This document shows positions 1 to 13,330 of a DNA stretch of 64,000 bases, piece by piece. Made by a program: the position numbers and the translations under genes. How positions within the stretch are numbered: position 1 is the stretch's first letter; every line of letters begins with the position of its first letter. This stretch comes from the human T2T-CHM13v2.0 reference genome, Homo sapiens: assembly GCF_009914755.1 (NCBI RefSeq), contig NC_060942.1. One strand, given 5' to 3'. Below the pieces are notes generated by a model. It was not told where the DNA came from and did not search any database. It was given only the letters and a program-made list of their open reading frames with translations.

Positions 1-129
1 TTCCATCCTTCAGGAATCAGTTCAAGGACAGTGCTCCATGAAGGCATCTGCAAATAGCCAACACTAATCTCTGTGCTCTCCTCCCAAGGGTGAGCTAGTG
101 AAAGCACCCAGCTAAAGAGTGTTCACTCC

Positions 130-290
130 ATAGGCCCTGCAGTAATCATGGCTTACCTCATTTATGTTCACAGCAAACCTATGAACTGGGCATTCTTCTG
201 TTCACTGATGGGAAAACTGAGACACAGAAAAACTAAGGCATTAGAACTTAGGTCCAGCTGATTCCAAATTCTGAGCTGTGTACCACAGCT
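130..290 (-). mobile_element. MIR SINE fragment
   Basis: MIR core-like 'ctgatgggaaaactgagacacaga'; boundaries approximate. Confidence 0.55.
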
Positions 291-509
291 TTCTAATACC
301 TCCTCTAGCCCTGTGTGCATTGTGGTGTTGATATTAAAACCACCTTAGATTATAACTTACCTTGCTAGGCTCAGTGGGAAGATGAAGCACTGTAAGATAC
401 ACATCCCCTTTTGTTCAGGAAACTTAGAGTCTAATAGATAGATCAAGCATAGAAATAGATAGTGAAGACATGGGGTGCACACACGCACATTATATCATGA
501 CATCAGCCC

Positions 510-830
510 ATAGTCACTGAGCATCTACTATGTGCCAGACATCATGCTATGTTCTCAAAGAGCTTAAGGGAGATCTCAGTCTATGCCCCAGTGAAGCTTG
601 TAGTCCACTGTGGAAATTAGTCCTTAAGGAAAACGTTTGCAACTAGCTATGTAATTTACAGTATAAAATGTTAGGCAGGGAGAGAAAGATCCATGAGAGA
701 GAATAACAGGAGCCTGTTTTAGATGGGAAGGTCAGAGAAGGCCTCCCTTCTAAAGTGTCATTTTAGCTAAGATTTGAAAGATGAATAAGAGCTGGCAAAA
801 TATAAGGAGGTTGTAATATGGGGAGGGATG
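510..830 (-). mobile_element. L2 LINE 3' fragment
   Basis: 'ctgagcatctactatgtgccagaca' is the reverse complement of the L2 3' end, followed by typical L2 'ggaaggtcagagaaggcctc' sequence. Confidence 0.6.
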
Positions 831-1134
831 ATTTCCGGTCAGAGCCCCGAGGCAGGAAGAAACATGAAACTCGAAAATCACCTCTAGCCCAGGCAGCCAG
901 CTGTGTTCCCCAGCTTTTGCCATCCTTTTTGGGTTTCTGGAGCCCCAGGACCCCACACTCTGAATGCCCTGGGCTTGACAGATGTCTCCTCCCCTTCTGT
1001 CTCCTCCACTGGTTTATTTCTGATGATGTTATCCACAGCTTCAATCTGAGCTCAGCCTCTTGCTTTGTCCATTTCCTCCTTTGGATCGCAGTGGGGGCTT
1101 CTGAGCCACATGGATGATGAGGCTCATGCTTCAT

Positions 1135-1208
1135 GAGCCCCACCTCAAGAGCTTTGGAGCCCCACCTTTGGAGCCCCACCTTTCCTTTGGAGCCCCACCT
1201 CAAGAGCT
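1135..1208. repeat. Irregular short tandem array, 4 x GAGCCCCACCT
   Basis: Copies start at 1135, 1157, 1171 and 1190; the first and last extend to GAGCCCCACCTCAAGAGCT. Confidence 0.9.
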
Positions 1209-1223
1209 CTTTCCTTGTGTCTA

Positions 1224-2048
<825 letters not shown>

Positions 2049-2379
2049 TCAGCATGCTTGCTTCCAAGGAGGCCTCAGTGAATGTGAGGAAAGGCCAAAT
2101 GCGCCACCAGATTCGGAGCCACGCCTGAGCTCATGGGGATGAGGACATTGTCAAAGGGACTAGAGAATCTGATTCTGAGTTGAATCAGATCCAGCTCAGA
2201 GACCCCAGTACAGAGACTCCCGTGCTATCTCTGCAGCAGTTTCCTTGCTCCTGCCAGGTGAGCCTCAGGCTGGCTTCCACGTGAAGACTTCCCACTCATA
2301 CAATTTCTGCCCACCTTTGACCCTCACCTCCAGTTTCTCCATGAGCCCCAGCTCCTCTTTAGGACCACTGACTCTCCAT

Positions 2380-2822
2380 TCCCTTCCATGCTTTGAGGCT
2401 CAGCTCGAAGACAGCCTCCTTGATGAGGATAACCCTACAACCCTCCCTCTTCTGTTACCCACTCCTGTGATAGCACTTACCACCTTGTTATACATATCTG
2501 CCTTTCCCTCCAGAAAGGAGGCCTCTTAAAGGCAACATTGGTTATATTCCCAGCATCTCACATAGCGCCAGCATATAATGGCTCTTGTAGGAAGAATTCC
2601 CTGACCTCTACCATACTGCCTATCTTGGTTAGCTATAAAATCTCTGTACCCTCGCATTACACTACTCACACATATAACATGATGGGGACTGTCTGTGTAT
2701 TTGTGTGCACCATCCAGTAGGCCAGAGCACCAGGAGAACTGGGACCATGGCCATCTTTCCATTAGCCTAGCACATGTCTAGCCTCTAGGAGGCATTCAAT
2801 AAATACTGTTGAGTGAATGAAC
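2380..2822 (+). mobile_element. L2 3' fragments
   Basis: Ends in 'cattcaataaatactgttgagtgaatga', the L2 terminus; interrupted and degenerate. Confidence 0.5.
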
Positions 2823-4299
2823 AAGACAGTCTGGGCTTCTGAAGACCAATTAGGTTATAGACTTTGCCTGGGTTAGATGTTTTATTCCAGTAAACACCTT
2901 ATTCTCAATCCAGGCCCCCTCCCAACATACTTGATCTGCAGTTGTCCAGAATCCCAACATCATGAAACTGTGCTCACCTCACATCACTGTGCTGGGGGTA
3001 GAAGTTGTAGATAAATGGCTTCAGTAGGGTATATTATTGTTTTTTTCCAGAAATGCTGGGTTTTCTCCTTTGCTCTGGTGCAAACAGAACATCAGCAACT
3101 AATGAGCTTTTTTTCTATGACATACAAGGAGAGAAGATAAATATAGTGTATCCAGTGGCAGGTTTGGTACTTTAAAAAATTGAGAAATCTGTGAGTGATG
3201 TCTTGGAAAAAGCTTTCTTCCCAGGCGTTGGGAGACCAGACTCCACCATTAAATTCCTGTGAGACCTCAGCAGATTCACTGAAGTTGCCTCAGTTTTCCA
3301 GTTTGTTTAATAATTGTTGCAAAAATTAAAAAGTACTTTCACAAGTACCACCTTTTAAGTGTTTATGAAGCTTATTCATGTGCTTTATCTCTTGTTTCCT
3401 GGACCTGTAAGCTAACTAGGATAGTGGAATTATTATTAATAAGGAGTCTAGACTGGATGATCTCTAATTTTTGGCACATCTTTCATTTTCTAAAAGGTTT
3501 GAGTTTAAAGCTTTGTACCCTTTGACCCCTAGGCGAGATCTCTTTCCCAAGGTGAGGCTAACGACTTTCATGTAGTCCAATCACATAAGTCACAAAACCC
3601 AAACTCGTCTACATGGAATGGTAAGAAAGAAAATACAGAGGGGCTTATTCCCCAAAGACATGACTCCCTGGTGGAGAAATTTCCCACAGTCATGATGGTC
3701 TTTTTTGGCAAGAACGTCTTCTTGCTTTCCTGTAAATCGCAGACTGGGGCTGACACCTTGCAGTGCATTGCACTGACCTTGCCTTGTGATCCTGGTGCCA
3801 GGTTTTTTGAGCCTGGCAGGAGTGGTGAGAGTGTCAAGTCTGAGATGGTCTGGACTTGCAGCTGAAGTTCAGTTAAGGACCCAAATCAAGTACTTTCAGC
3901 CACATTCCATTGCTTGCTATCATCAGATAAGAAAAGACAGCTATTTTATTATACTATTTTTGAAATACAGTGCTTAGAGAGGTACAGTGGCTGGCCCAAG
4001 AACCCCCCAAAATTCAGTGGTCAGGATACATCGCTACAACACCCACTCCTTTTCCAGAAGGAAAACTGCCTTCTCATCTAAAAGTGCCTTTGAACTCTGA
4101 CTACAACATCATCTGCATAAAGATTGCATCATCAGTGCTCATGGGCTTGAACCGAGTGGAAACTATGCGATTTCACATGGGGAAAATTCTGGGCAACAAG
4201 ACATTGAACCAGGGTTCTTAGCTGCAGCCCTAGTTAGAGAATTGCTTCCACATTCTGGGCCTGTTTTCTTGTGTTTACACAGGAGAACTGGTTGGGAGA

Positions 4300-4480
4300 A
4301 GTGGTTCTCACTATTTGGTCTAAGGATCGACTGCATCCCAATCATCTGGATCCATGTTTATAAAGGCAAATCCCTGGGCTTCCCCAAGATCTGTTGACTT
4401 GGAATATGAAGGGGTAGGTCATGGAAATCAGCAGTTGATACAAGATTACTACGGGATTATTAAGCATACTAAGGCTCAAC
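4300..4480. mobile_element. MER5-like hAT-Charlie relic
   Basis: 'agtggttctca...ctgcatcccaatcatctgg...gcaaatccctgggcttcccc' resembles MER5B. Confidence 0.5.
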
Positions 4481-4739
4481 AACCACAACAAGGGGACCAT
4501 ATGATCTCAGAACTTCCATCCAGAAATATTGTCATACGATTTTATGAATATATCATTACTGTAAGGTCCACAAGAAACAATAGCTAGGAACAGAACTATA
4601 CTTGTGACGTCTTGATTTTTTATTCTTCACCCATGCATCCCAGTTCTATGTGGAAAGTGGATGCATTTTAAAAAGCTAGTCCATTCTGTGGGAAACTGTA
4701 GTCACTGACACATCCTGAAGTTCCCTCTAGGCTGTTCTG

Positions 4740-5120
4740 GAGCGTGGAGCCCTGAATGGTGGGGTGAGGGAAGAAAGCGGATCTGTGTTCTGAGGGAAAG
4801 ACAGAGTCCCTATAAACAGCAGTCCCGGAATTATCCTCCAGCGCCCGTGCTATTATAAAGAAGAGCTGACACAGCAGAGTCCGGGGGATGCTGTGTGTCT
4901 GCAGAGCAGTAATCACGGAGGCAGGCAGGCTAAATGCAAAGAGAACATTTGCACAAACAGCACCTGTACCGAGCAGTCATCCACTATTTTTAGAGCTGCT
5001 GCAAAGAGCAGAGGGACATTTGGAGAGGCTCCTAAAGGGCACCAGTCAGTAGGAAGGTGGAGAGGTTTTGGCATGTTCTGTCTGGCTGATTCTGCAGTGC
5101 CCTGTCAACTGAGTCATTGA
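4740..5120. promoter_or_regulatory. Candidate enhancer (MEF2 + E-box + AP-1 motifs)
   Basis: Unique sequence with retained CpGs; CTATTTTTAG 4984-4993, CACCTG 4961-4966, TGAGTCA 5110-5116. Motif evidence only. Confidence 0.35.
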
Positions 5121-5529
5121 AGACTTGGGCAGTCTGACATTTTTGTTTTGCTTTGGTTTTTGGTTGAGAATGGGGTGGAGACATGCTGGATGGTGTGGAA
5201 CAAGGGGGTGATAAAGAGGATTACTCTGATCTGTCAGTGACGTTTTTGATGGCAGAACACATATTTAAAAGTTTAGATTATTTTGATCCTAGAAAATAGA
5301 AGAACAGTTTGTTCTCCAGGGCTTAATCTGGAGCAGCCCAAAGCAGGAATAAATGGCAAATACTTTCATCTTATTCATTTGATCCAGCTGCAAAAATGGG
5401 ATTGTCACATCTCACATTTGTAGATAGAATAAATTATATAACTTAGTGTTGGACATATATTGGTTAGGTCAACATAATTAGAGCCTGGAGCCTGGAGGTT
5501 GTGGCCATTTAGACAGAATACCTAAATGC

Positions 5530-5760
5530 TCTGTGACTCAGTGCATCAATTCTTATTTTCAAATAAGGAATAATAGTGAACACTAATTGAAGGCTTAAAA
5601 AAACATTTCCAAGGACAGGCCCATTGACAATTGGCTAATGACATCAACTCCGTGTATAAGAACAGAATGGGACTTACATAACGTTCTGACATGTGGAATT
5701 TCCCATCAAAGTGAACACAATCGATTTGATAAATGTTACACATTTGTTTGACCTTTCAGG
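5530..5760. promoter_or_regulatory. Candidate enhancer (AP-1, PAR-bZIP, NF-kB, TCF/LEF motifs)
   Basis: TGACTCA 5534-5540, TTACATAA 5674-5681, GGAATTTCCC 5695-5704, CATCAAAG 5704-5711. Motif evidence only. Confidence 0.35.
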
Positions 5761-6778
5761 TAGATTCGCAACACATCAGGTCAGCAAATGTCATTTCCTG
5801 ATCTACCACCTCCTCTTCTCCCATTTGCAATTAGGAAATTCTTTTTGTTTTTAGCCTCTTCAGGAATGTTGTGTTGAACTCTCATGAGGTATCTGGTCCA
5901 TTCCTCTCCTAATATGGATTAGCAAAATACCCTTCATCAAGACTACTTCTCAAGCCCACACAGCAATCTATTTGCAGAGTTAGCTTGAAACCTAGATATG
6001 TGACTCCCAGCCCAGCACTTTTTTTTCACTTTATCAGAGACACCGAGGTTCTTTGAGTTGGAAGAAACTGAGAAGTCATCCAGCATAACCTGTTATTGTC
6101 AATGCTTGAATTGATAAACTGGAGATCACACAAACTTTTTCTAATAATTATTTCGAAATCAAAATTAGACAACAGAGATGAATGCAAAGTTGAAATTATA
6201 TTCTTTTCGTCCTGTTTGATGTAAAAACAAAACAAACAAAAATACTACCTGGCTGCATCCTAATGAATAGTGGTCTTGAGGTGTGTGATTCAGACCGTAT
6301 GGACCTCACAAGGCTATTTTTTCAGAGTAAACTAATTATGATGGGAACCAAGCTAGGCTCTTGGTGTGTAAATACTATCTATGTTCATTGATGCATTCTA
6401 ACTAATGCAAACACATTGAGACTGTTGGAACAATAACCTCAGTAAACTGATTATTTACAGAACTATGAAAAAGCAAAATATGTCTTTTGCAATGTCTCCT
6501 CTTTTTCCCAACTATTTATCTCTGTTCCTTGTGTCAGGCCTCTCCCAAGGAGCCACCATTGTGTTAAACATCATTCTTTAGAGTCTTTCTCTCAGCCAGC
6601 TATATCCTCCCTGAAAGTATTTGCCCATAAAGATTTAACAAGTCTGGGAAGGACAAAGGGAAGACGAAAGAGAAATGGAGGTTTAAGAAGTATAAATTCC
6701 TAAATCTGACCATATTTTTTTTCTCTCCTTCTTTTGATTGTGTTTGCTTTCATTATGGCTCTTTCAAATTCTGCTTTA

Positions 6779-6862
6779 TATTAGGTTGAAGCCTCTAAAA
6801 TTGCCGTTTTTGTAGTTCAAAATCAGTTAAACATTAGCAGTTTAATAGGATTCAGCCTAATG
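6779..6862. mobile_element. MADE2 mariner-derived MITE
   Basis: ~80-bp palindromic element; arms ATTAGGTTGAA (6780-6790) and TTCAGCCTAAT (6851-6861); internal 'aaattgccgtttttgtag'. Confidence 0.8.
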
Positions 6863-8964
6863 ACATTGAGTCAATGTGTTCTGGGGAGACCAGGGATGTC
6901 CCACAGCATCCTAGCACTTCCTGTGTGCCACCCGATTGAATTAAGGTTCCTATCTCAGTGGACTTGTTTGCCAAGGTAGATTCCAAACACCAGTATGTAG
7001 TCTCAGCCCTGCCTTCCACCTCCCAAGACCAAAAATGCATCCTGTTTTCTGGGGCATTTGCACTAACAGACATTGAGAAGTTGCAGGTTTTTCTTTGGGT
7101 TTTCATCACCCTTCTCAGAGATGACTGTTGAACTACTCTTAGTACTGCATGTAACACGCATGCACTGGAGGGTTCAAGTTTAATGGCCATAGGGAAGGAA
7201 GGCAAAAGAGAAAATGTGAAAGAGACGTTATAATTTGAAAGCACAAAAACCCTTTCTTTAGTGGCTTGTGGGGTATATGCCCATCTATTAAATTGGAGTA
7301 AGCTTCTCAAAGATAGGTATTGAACTTTCCATGCCCCATATATTACTAGAAACATAATAGCTGTTCAGTAAGTATCTACTGAGTCAAAGTAGAACACTCT
7401 GTTAAGGATCCTCAGTAGTGAACCCATAGCAGTGGATCCAGAATGTCCCTTCTCCAGGCATTTTTTTAAACCACGCCATGGTGGCAGCCACTGTTTCCTT
7501 GTACTTGTGAAACCAGCTTTGATCCAAGTTTCTTCAATCTTTTTACTCTTTTTCTGCACCCAAGCAATCGCCAACGATTATTTTAAGCAAGATTCACATC
7601 TCTAAGTCCTTTTTTATTCCTCCCCCAAGGACTCTAAAAGCAAAGAAAACAAGAAGTCAGGAAAGTTGAAGCCTCTGAACTCCATCCTGGCCTCACCCCA
7701 TCACCTCACACCCTCCTAGCTTCTGCAGGATAGGCTCAGCTCCCCTTCCTCCCCCTCACCCCACCCCCTGGGGCTGTTACCCTATCCCAAGGAATTCCAG
7801 CAAGTCTTGGAACAAAGACTGGCAGCACATGTAATGCCCTGTCTGGACTGAGACTAGAATGCAATTAGCCAGGGGAGGTTGTGAAATTTGTTTTTAAATG
7901 CTATGAATGTTTTATCTCCTGACCCTCACCTCCATAACATTCCCCTTTCAGCCACCGCCCCCCACCCCCGCACACACACACACAACCCCTTCACACTGGG
8001 TCTTTGCAAAGTAAAGTATGACCTTTAGATTGAGACATTCTCTGTTGCAATATGTTGGAATATGTTTCAACGCCGTAACTCGAGATCTATTTACTAAACT
8101 GTTTGGCACATTCAGCACATCCTGGGGGAATTGTTGGCGGGACCTGCGGTGCGTTTTTCACTCCTCCCTGATGCATTACCAGACATAAGGTCATCCCAGT
8201 CTAGCAAAGATGGGTGCTGTGCAGGGCTCATTACCTCGCAGCAAGCCAGCCAGATGAGGCCGTGGGATGTTTTCTCTTCATCATTCAAGCTTGAAAGGAA
8301 ACTGTCAGCCTCCACTTGCTCTTAAAACAATGAAAATTTAGGTGACAGTGCTCTCATTAGCTCAATGGAAATGAAGGTTTCCAGGCAAAGACTTCCCTCT
8401 AGAAGTCAACGGGTGAGTCTCAGCTTCTGAGGAATGGGTGGTGTCAACGTCAGTGACCCACACTCGGATGACCAGAAACTTTCAGGATACACAGCTTCTG
8501 AGCTGGGGAAAATGGGCAGATTTTAGATAGGTGACAGGTTTTTTCACAGCTGCCCCTTTGCTGGGAAATGGATATATTCATAAGACTGTCTTCTTGTGAC
8601 TTACATACATTCACATGACCAGAAAACAAGCAAGGGTATTATTACACTGGTGAATCCTCTCCCTAGGAGAAACTCAAACAAAAGTGCCAAGTGTCGATCC
8701 TGTTCTCCAGAATTACATTGCAGAATTTCTAATCTAAGAGGGTTTGGTTAATATTTGATGAACCACTTGGATAATGCACAGAATTATGGGAGTCCTAGTA
8801 ATTGCTTACATTTGTGTAGCACTACCTTCTAGGACATCCATATGCATTATTTTCTTATTTGATCCTCGTAACAGCCGTGTTTAATGGTCTTGGTGAGTAT
8901 TCAGTCTGTTTTTATAGAATCATAGGAATACTAGAAGTAAAGGTGACCTAAGCTGTAATCTTGA

Positions 8965-9192
8965 TCAATGGATGCTAACCAGGGATGCATGTTAATTTAT
9001 CCAGGGAACTGTTTCCAAACCTGTGTGCCTGTGTTCCCCTCCCCAACAAACTCCTCAATTCTTCCTGCACCCTCCAAAATACACATACAGGGTCTGGATC
9101 AGTGAGTGAGGGGTGAAGTCCAGGCATAAATACTTTTTAGAGAAAAATACGCCAAGTGATTTCAAAGAACATCCTGCTTTACACCACTGCTC
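8965..9192. mobile_element. MER5A-like relic nested in MIR-like sequence
   Basis: Ends 'ccaagtgattt...acaccactgctcta'; degenerate. Confidence 0.5.
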
Positions 9193-10189
9193 TACATTCA
9201 GGCTGATCATTCAAGCAGAGATGTGATTTACTCAGAGCCACAAACAATGGCAGAGTTGCATTCACACCCACCCAGGCCTCCTGATTTCTAGCTGGATGGC
9301 CTCTCTTTCACACTTTCCTACCATCTTTCTGAATTAAAAAGGGAATTACCAAAATGGTGCCATTTGTTTTAAACTGTCTTTTTTCTAGCCAGAAGAAAAA
9401 CAGTAAGAGATGGTCTGTCCAAAATATACATATGAGTAAAATTACAAGCACCACAATTCTCCACCTGAATGCAAGTTTTTCACAGGTTTTACTCATCAGT
9501 CCCAAAATTTGGCTAGGATCCTCATAAATGATTCCCTTTTTCTCTTGGTGGCACCTCCTTTGGATTCTCTATATCTTCTCAAAACTACAGGAGTATACCA
9601 TTGAATGTGGGAATCATATTATCAATATCTAAAATGTATAGGAAAGCTACTGATGAAGAAGAGGAAGGACTCCAGACTGCATATAAATTATATTGAGGAG
9701 AGGAGCAAAAGTGCTTCTCCCCAACTCCTCTGCCCCTTCAACCATTCCTTTTGAGTCATCTCCCCTACCCTCCTGGAACTCAAAGAAAGAGAGGCTAATG
9801 GAACTATGTAGAGGTAAGGTCCTTTTTGCAGACCATTTTACTAGTGAGCAGGGTTACTGTGTGAAAGGGCAGAGTGCTTGTCCTTGTGCTTCCTGCACCC
9901 AAATACTAAGGCACAGAGGCTGGCCTTTCCAGGCACGCCTCTTTCCTCATACAGGTTGGATGAGTGGACTTAGGGCAGGCTCTACAAATTTCCTTCCCCC
10001 AATTCCTGTCCAGGAGTAGGAAGCCTCGTTGAAGCCTCATGCCTAGACTGTATTTTTTAGTCTAGATTTTAGTAGAGGGTCTTACATGAGGGTGAGGATG
10101 GAGAGCAGGAACATAGAAAGTCAGTTTTCCTACAACAGCTAGGACTTCACAGAACCAGACTTTTCCCTTCTCTATTTGAGATATCTCTA

Positions 10190-10275
10190 TATATCAATCA
10201 ATCAATCAGTCATTCTATCTATCTGTCTATCTCTCCATCCATCCATCCAGCCAGCCAGCCAGCCATCTAGCTAGC
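10190..10275. repeat. Compound tetranucleotide microsatellite (ATCA)(TCTA)(TCCA)(GCCA)(GCTA)
   Basis: Directly visible. Confidence 0.9.
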
Positions 10276-10529
10276 TTTCTCATTAGGAAATTCCTGGCAG
10301 TGGAGGGAGTGGAGAGTTACCTAGCTCTCCTCTTAACAAAATATGCTCAACCCAAGATGTTCCTGATTTAAGCAAGGTTCTAAGCACCACAATTCCCTAT
10401 TATGAGCTAGCTATCCCACCTACTTGGTAGGAGCCATAATGTAATTAGTATATTTTTTTTACTCTTGAAGAATGTGCATTTGGGCTCTTTTTCTAGTAAT
10501 AAGGGCCTGCAAATCAATAGCCCAGTGCT

Positions 10530-10975
10530 TTTTTGGTAAAATTTACATATAAATTTTACCATTTTTACCATGCTAAATGTAGCCCAGTGTACCATGCTAA
10601 ATGAGACAGCTCAGTGGCATTAAGTACATTCGCAATGCCATGCAACCATCACCACTATCCATCTCCAGACCTTTTTCATCATCCCAAACAGAAACCGTAC
10701 TCAAATAGAAACACTTTACCCATTCAAAAACCCTCAATCTCTTCTCCTCTGCATTACAGTCCCTGGTACCCTCTATTCTACCTCTGTCTCTATGAATTTG
10801 ACTACTCTAGGTACTTCATGTAAGTGGAATCATATACATATTTGTCCTTTTGTGTCTGGCTTCTTTCACACAGCATAAGGTTTTCAAGGTTCGTCTACGT
10901 TGTAGCATGTGTCAGAATTTTCTTCCTTTTTGAGGCCGAAAACATTTTGTTTATGTATGTATCCATTGATGGACT
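10530..10975 (-). mobile_element. L1MB-type LINE 3' UTR fragment
   Basis: 'cagtggcattaagtacattc...aaccatcaccactatc...tgaatttgactactctaggtac...agtggaatcata' matches the antisense L1M 3' end. Confidence 0.85.
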
Positions 10976-13149
10976 AGGCCAGGCACTTTTATTATGTCAT
11001 TGGTTGGGTGTGATGTATATTTACCTAAATTATAGGGGTAGGAGTGAGCGAAGGGAATGATAAGGCTTGGTAAATTCATAGACAGCCTCTGAATGAGGCT
11101 TCATAAACTATAGAAAGATTATGGTGCCTACTTTTCTCTGAACTAAAAATGAGAAGGACATGACTTGACAGATATCATGTTTGTATGGGGATAGCTGAAG
11201 AGAATGTTGGAAATATACTGTCTAGACACTTAAGCAGGTTTGGTAAACATAGCCCTCTTGGCAACTGAAAAAACAAAGTGGAAGAAAAAAAAATGTTGTT
11301 CCATAAGGATTTTCCTCCTGGAACAAAGGCTTTAGAGCTCTCTGTTCCCTCTCCTCCTCATGCTCCCTTTTCCCAGGCCTGTTTATCTGACTCTTTATTC
11401 CTGCCTCTCATATGAAAGCAAGTGCATTCTCCTCCTGAAGGTGCTTGTGTCTGCAGAGCAAAAAGGAAGTGTGGTCCTGGAGTCCCCAGCAAACGCATCT
11501 CAGGGTATGCTGCTTGTGGCTCAAGTAGGAGGTCTGTGTTTATTATCACTGAACATCAACCACAGGGCCAGAGACAGGAATGATGGACAAAGCCATGGAT
11601 ACTAGCGCAGGACAAAAGCCAACTCTGTCACAGCATTTTCAGGGTTTCAGTTGCACTGAGGTTATGCCCTGAGACAGCTGCTCTTGAGCTCAGATAAGAC
11701 AACTCAGTCTTGAGATTCATGAAGTCTCAGTAACTCCCTCAGGGGCTGCGTCAACTTCTTGGAGGGGTATTTGGACATCAAGAAGTTGATAGAATAACAA
11801 TAGGATTAAATTTGTGATTTGGTAAAGAACAAGTTCCCAGAAAATCTTCCTTCTCTTCCTTGACCCTAACTGGTAGATTACATGTTATGTAAGAAGCATA
11901 TGCTTAACACTAAAGATGGGAGCTCCTTCTGCAAGGTGATGGGGGAGCACTGGAGGAGGAGCCAATTGGTTTTTATGAAAAGCAAAGGAATTATGAAAAG
12001 CACATTGCAAATCTTGTTATTTTTCTTATAATACGTTCCAAACCCAAACAAACTCAAAAAAAGTATGTGTGCAAAAGCAAACCTTAAACCATTTTGCGAA
12101 TCCCGCCCTAGATTTCACATTTCTCCAGTGAAGCTCACATTCCTTTATTCAGATTCCAAAAGTAGAGATAATTTGTTCCAAATGTTTCCAAAGCCGACCA
12201 GCAGAAGGGCCTAACGATTTTTCCAGAGCTGGAGAAAACTGTGAAATTTTCTACACTCTAATGGAGCATTCAAAGTGAAAGAAAAAAAGGAGACAAGTGA
12301 GGGGAAAGGGAAAAGAAATGTTTTGATGATCTATTTGTTTATTTTGTTACGGTTATGGCTCTTTGACAAGGTCTGGGGAGAGATGCTGATTGCCAATGTC
12401 TTATTTCCTTTGGCAAGGTAGCATTTCTTCTGTATTATGGAGCAGATTATGATGGAGGAAATGGCCATACAATTATATATTTCTTGCAAGACGGTGAGGC
12501 AAGTTCATTTCAAAGAGACTGAACTTGGGGAGCCTTAGGGATGATGAGTGTGTATGTGTGCATGCTGGCAGCACCCTGCCTCTAGAGTGATCCCTGTCCT
12601 CCTCCCTAGCATATCTTCAAATAACCATCAATTTGCAGACTACAACACCCTCTACAAATAGAAAAGACTGTGTCCCAGGGAAGCTTCCATTTAGAAATGT
12701 GCTTGAGCATTTGGAGCCAAAGCTAGTGATTGACACCTGAGGTAATTTATAAGGAGGGGGTAAGACTCAGTGGAGCAAGAATGAAAGGTTTTTTTTCCCC
12801 ACTTTTTCTCAATTGCCACCAGCCTGTGTTGTTATCCAATTGTTTAAAATATGTATACCTTGACTCTGCTGTGAGATTCTAAATGCCTGCAAGTCTAGAA
12901 GTGCATCTTTCTCTTCTTTGTAACTCCCACAGTGCCCAGCACAGTGCTTGACCAGAAATAGATGTTTATTTGGGAAGGAAAAAGATAGAAGGAGATACTA
13001 TACATGCATGGAGCCAACACAAAGAAACAAACAAACAAAAACTTAGGTAAACTCAACTAGGCAGACACCCAGTTTAAATTCCAAGTCATCATGGTTTGTA
13101 ATATAATAAATAATACTTGTAAACCTATTATCATCCTTGCTATCATGGG

Positions 13150-13330
13150 CACCATTTATTGAGGTTATGTTGTGTGCAGTGACAAGTGCTTTATATACAT
13201 ACTCTCACTTAACCTTCATAACCATTCAGCAAAGAGAAAATAATATCTCGTTCTACAGAAGAGGAAACTAAGGCTCAAAGAATTAAATAATTTTGGATTT
13301 CAGTGACTGAAGGAGGGTCTGAACCTGCTT
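13150..13330 (-). mobile_element. MIR SINE
   Basis: 'catttattgag...acagaagaggaaactaaggctcaaag' MIR core. Confidence 0.65.

Noticed and set aside
6852-7355. 167-aa minus-strand ORF
   Set aside because: No recognisable homology or coding-like composition; it ends in a MADE2 element.
10566-10603. TACCATGCTAAATG repeated with a 24-bp period
   Set aside because: Ordinary small tandem duplication within an L1 relic.
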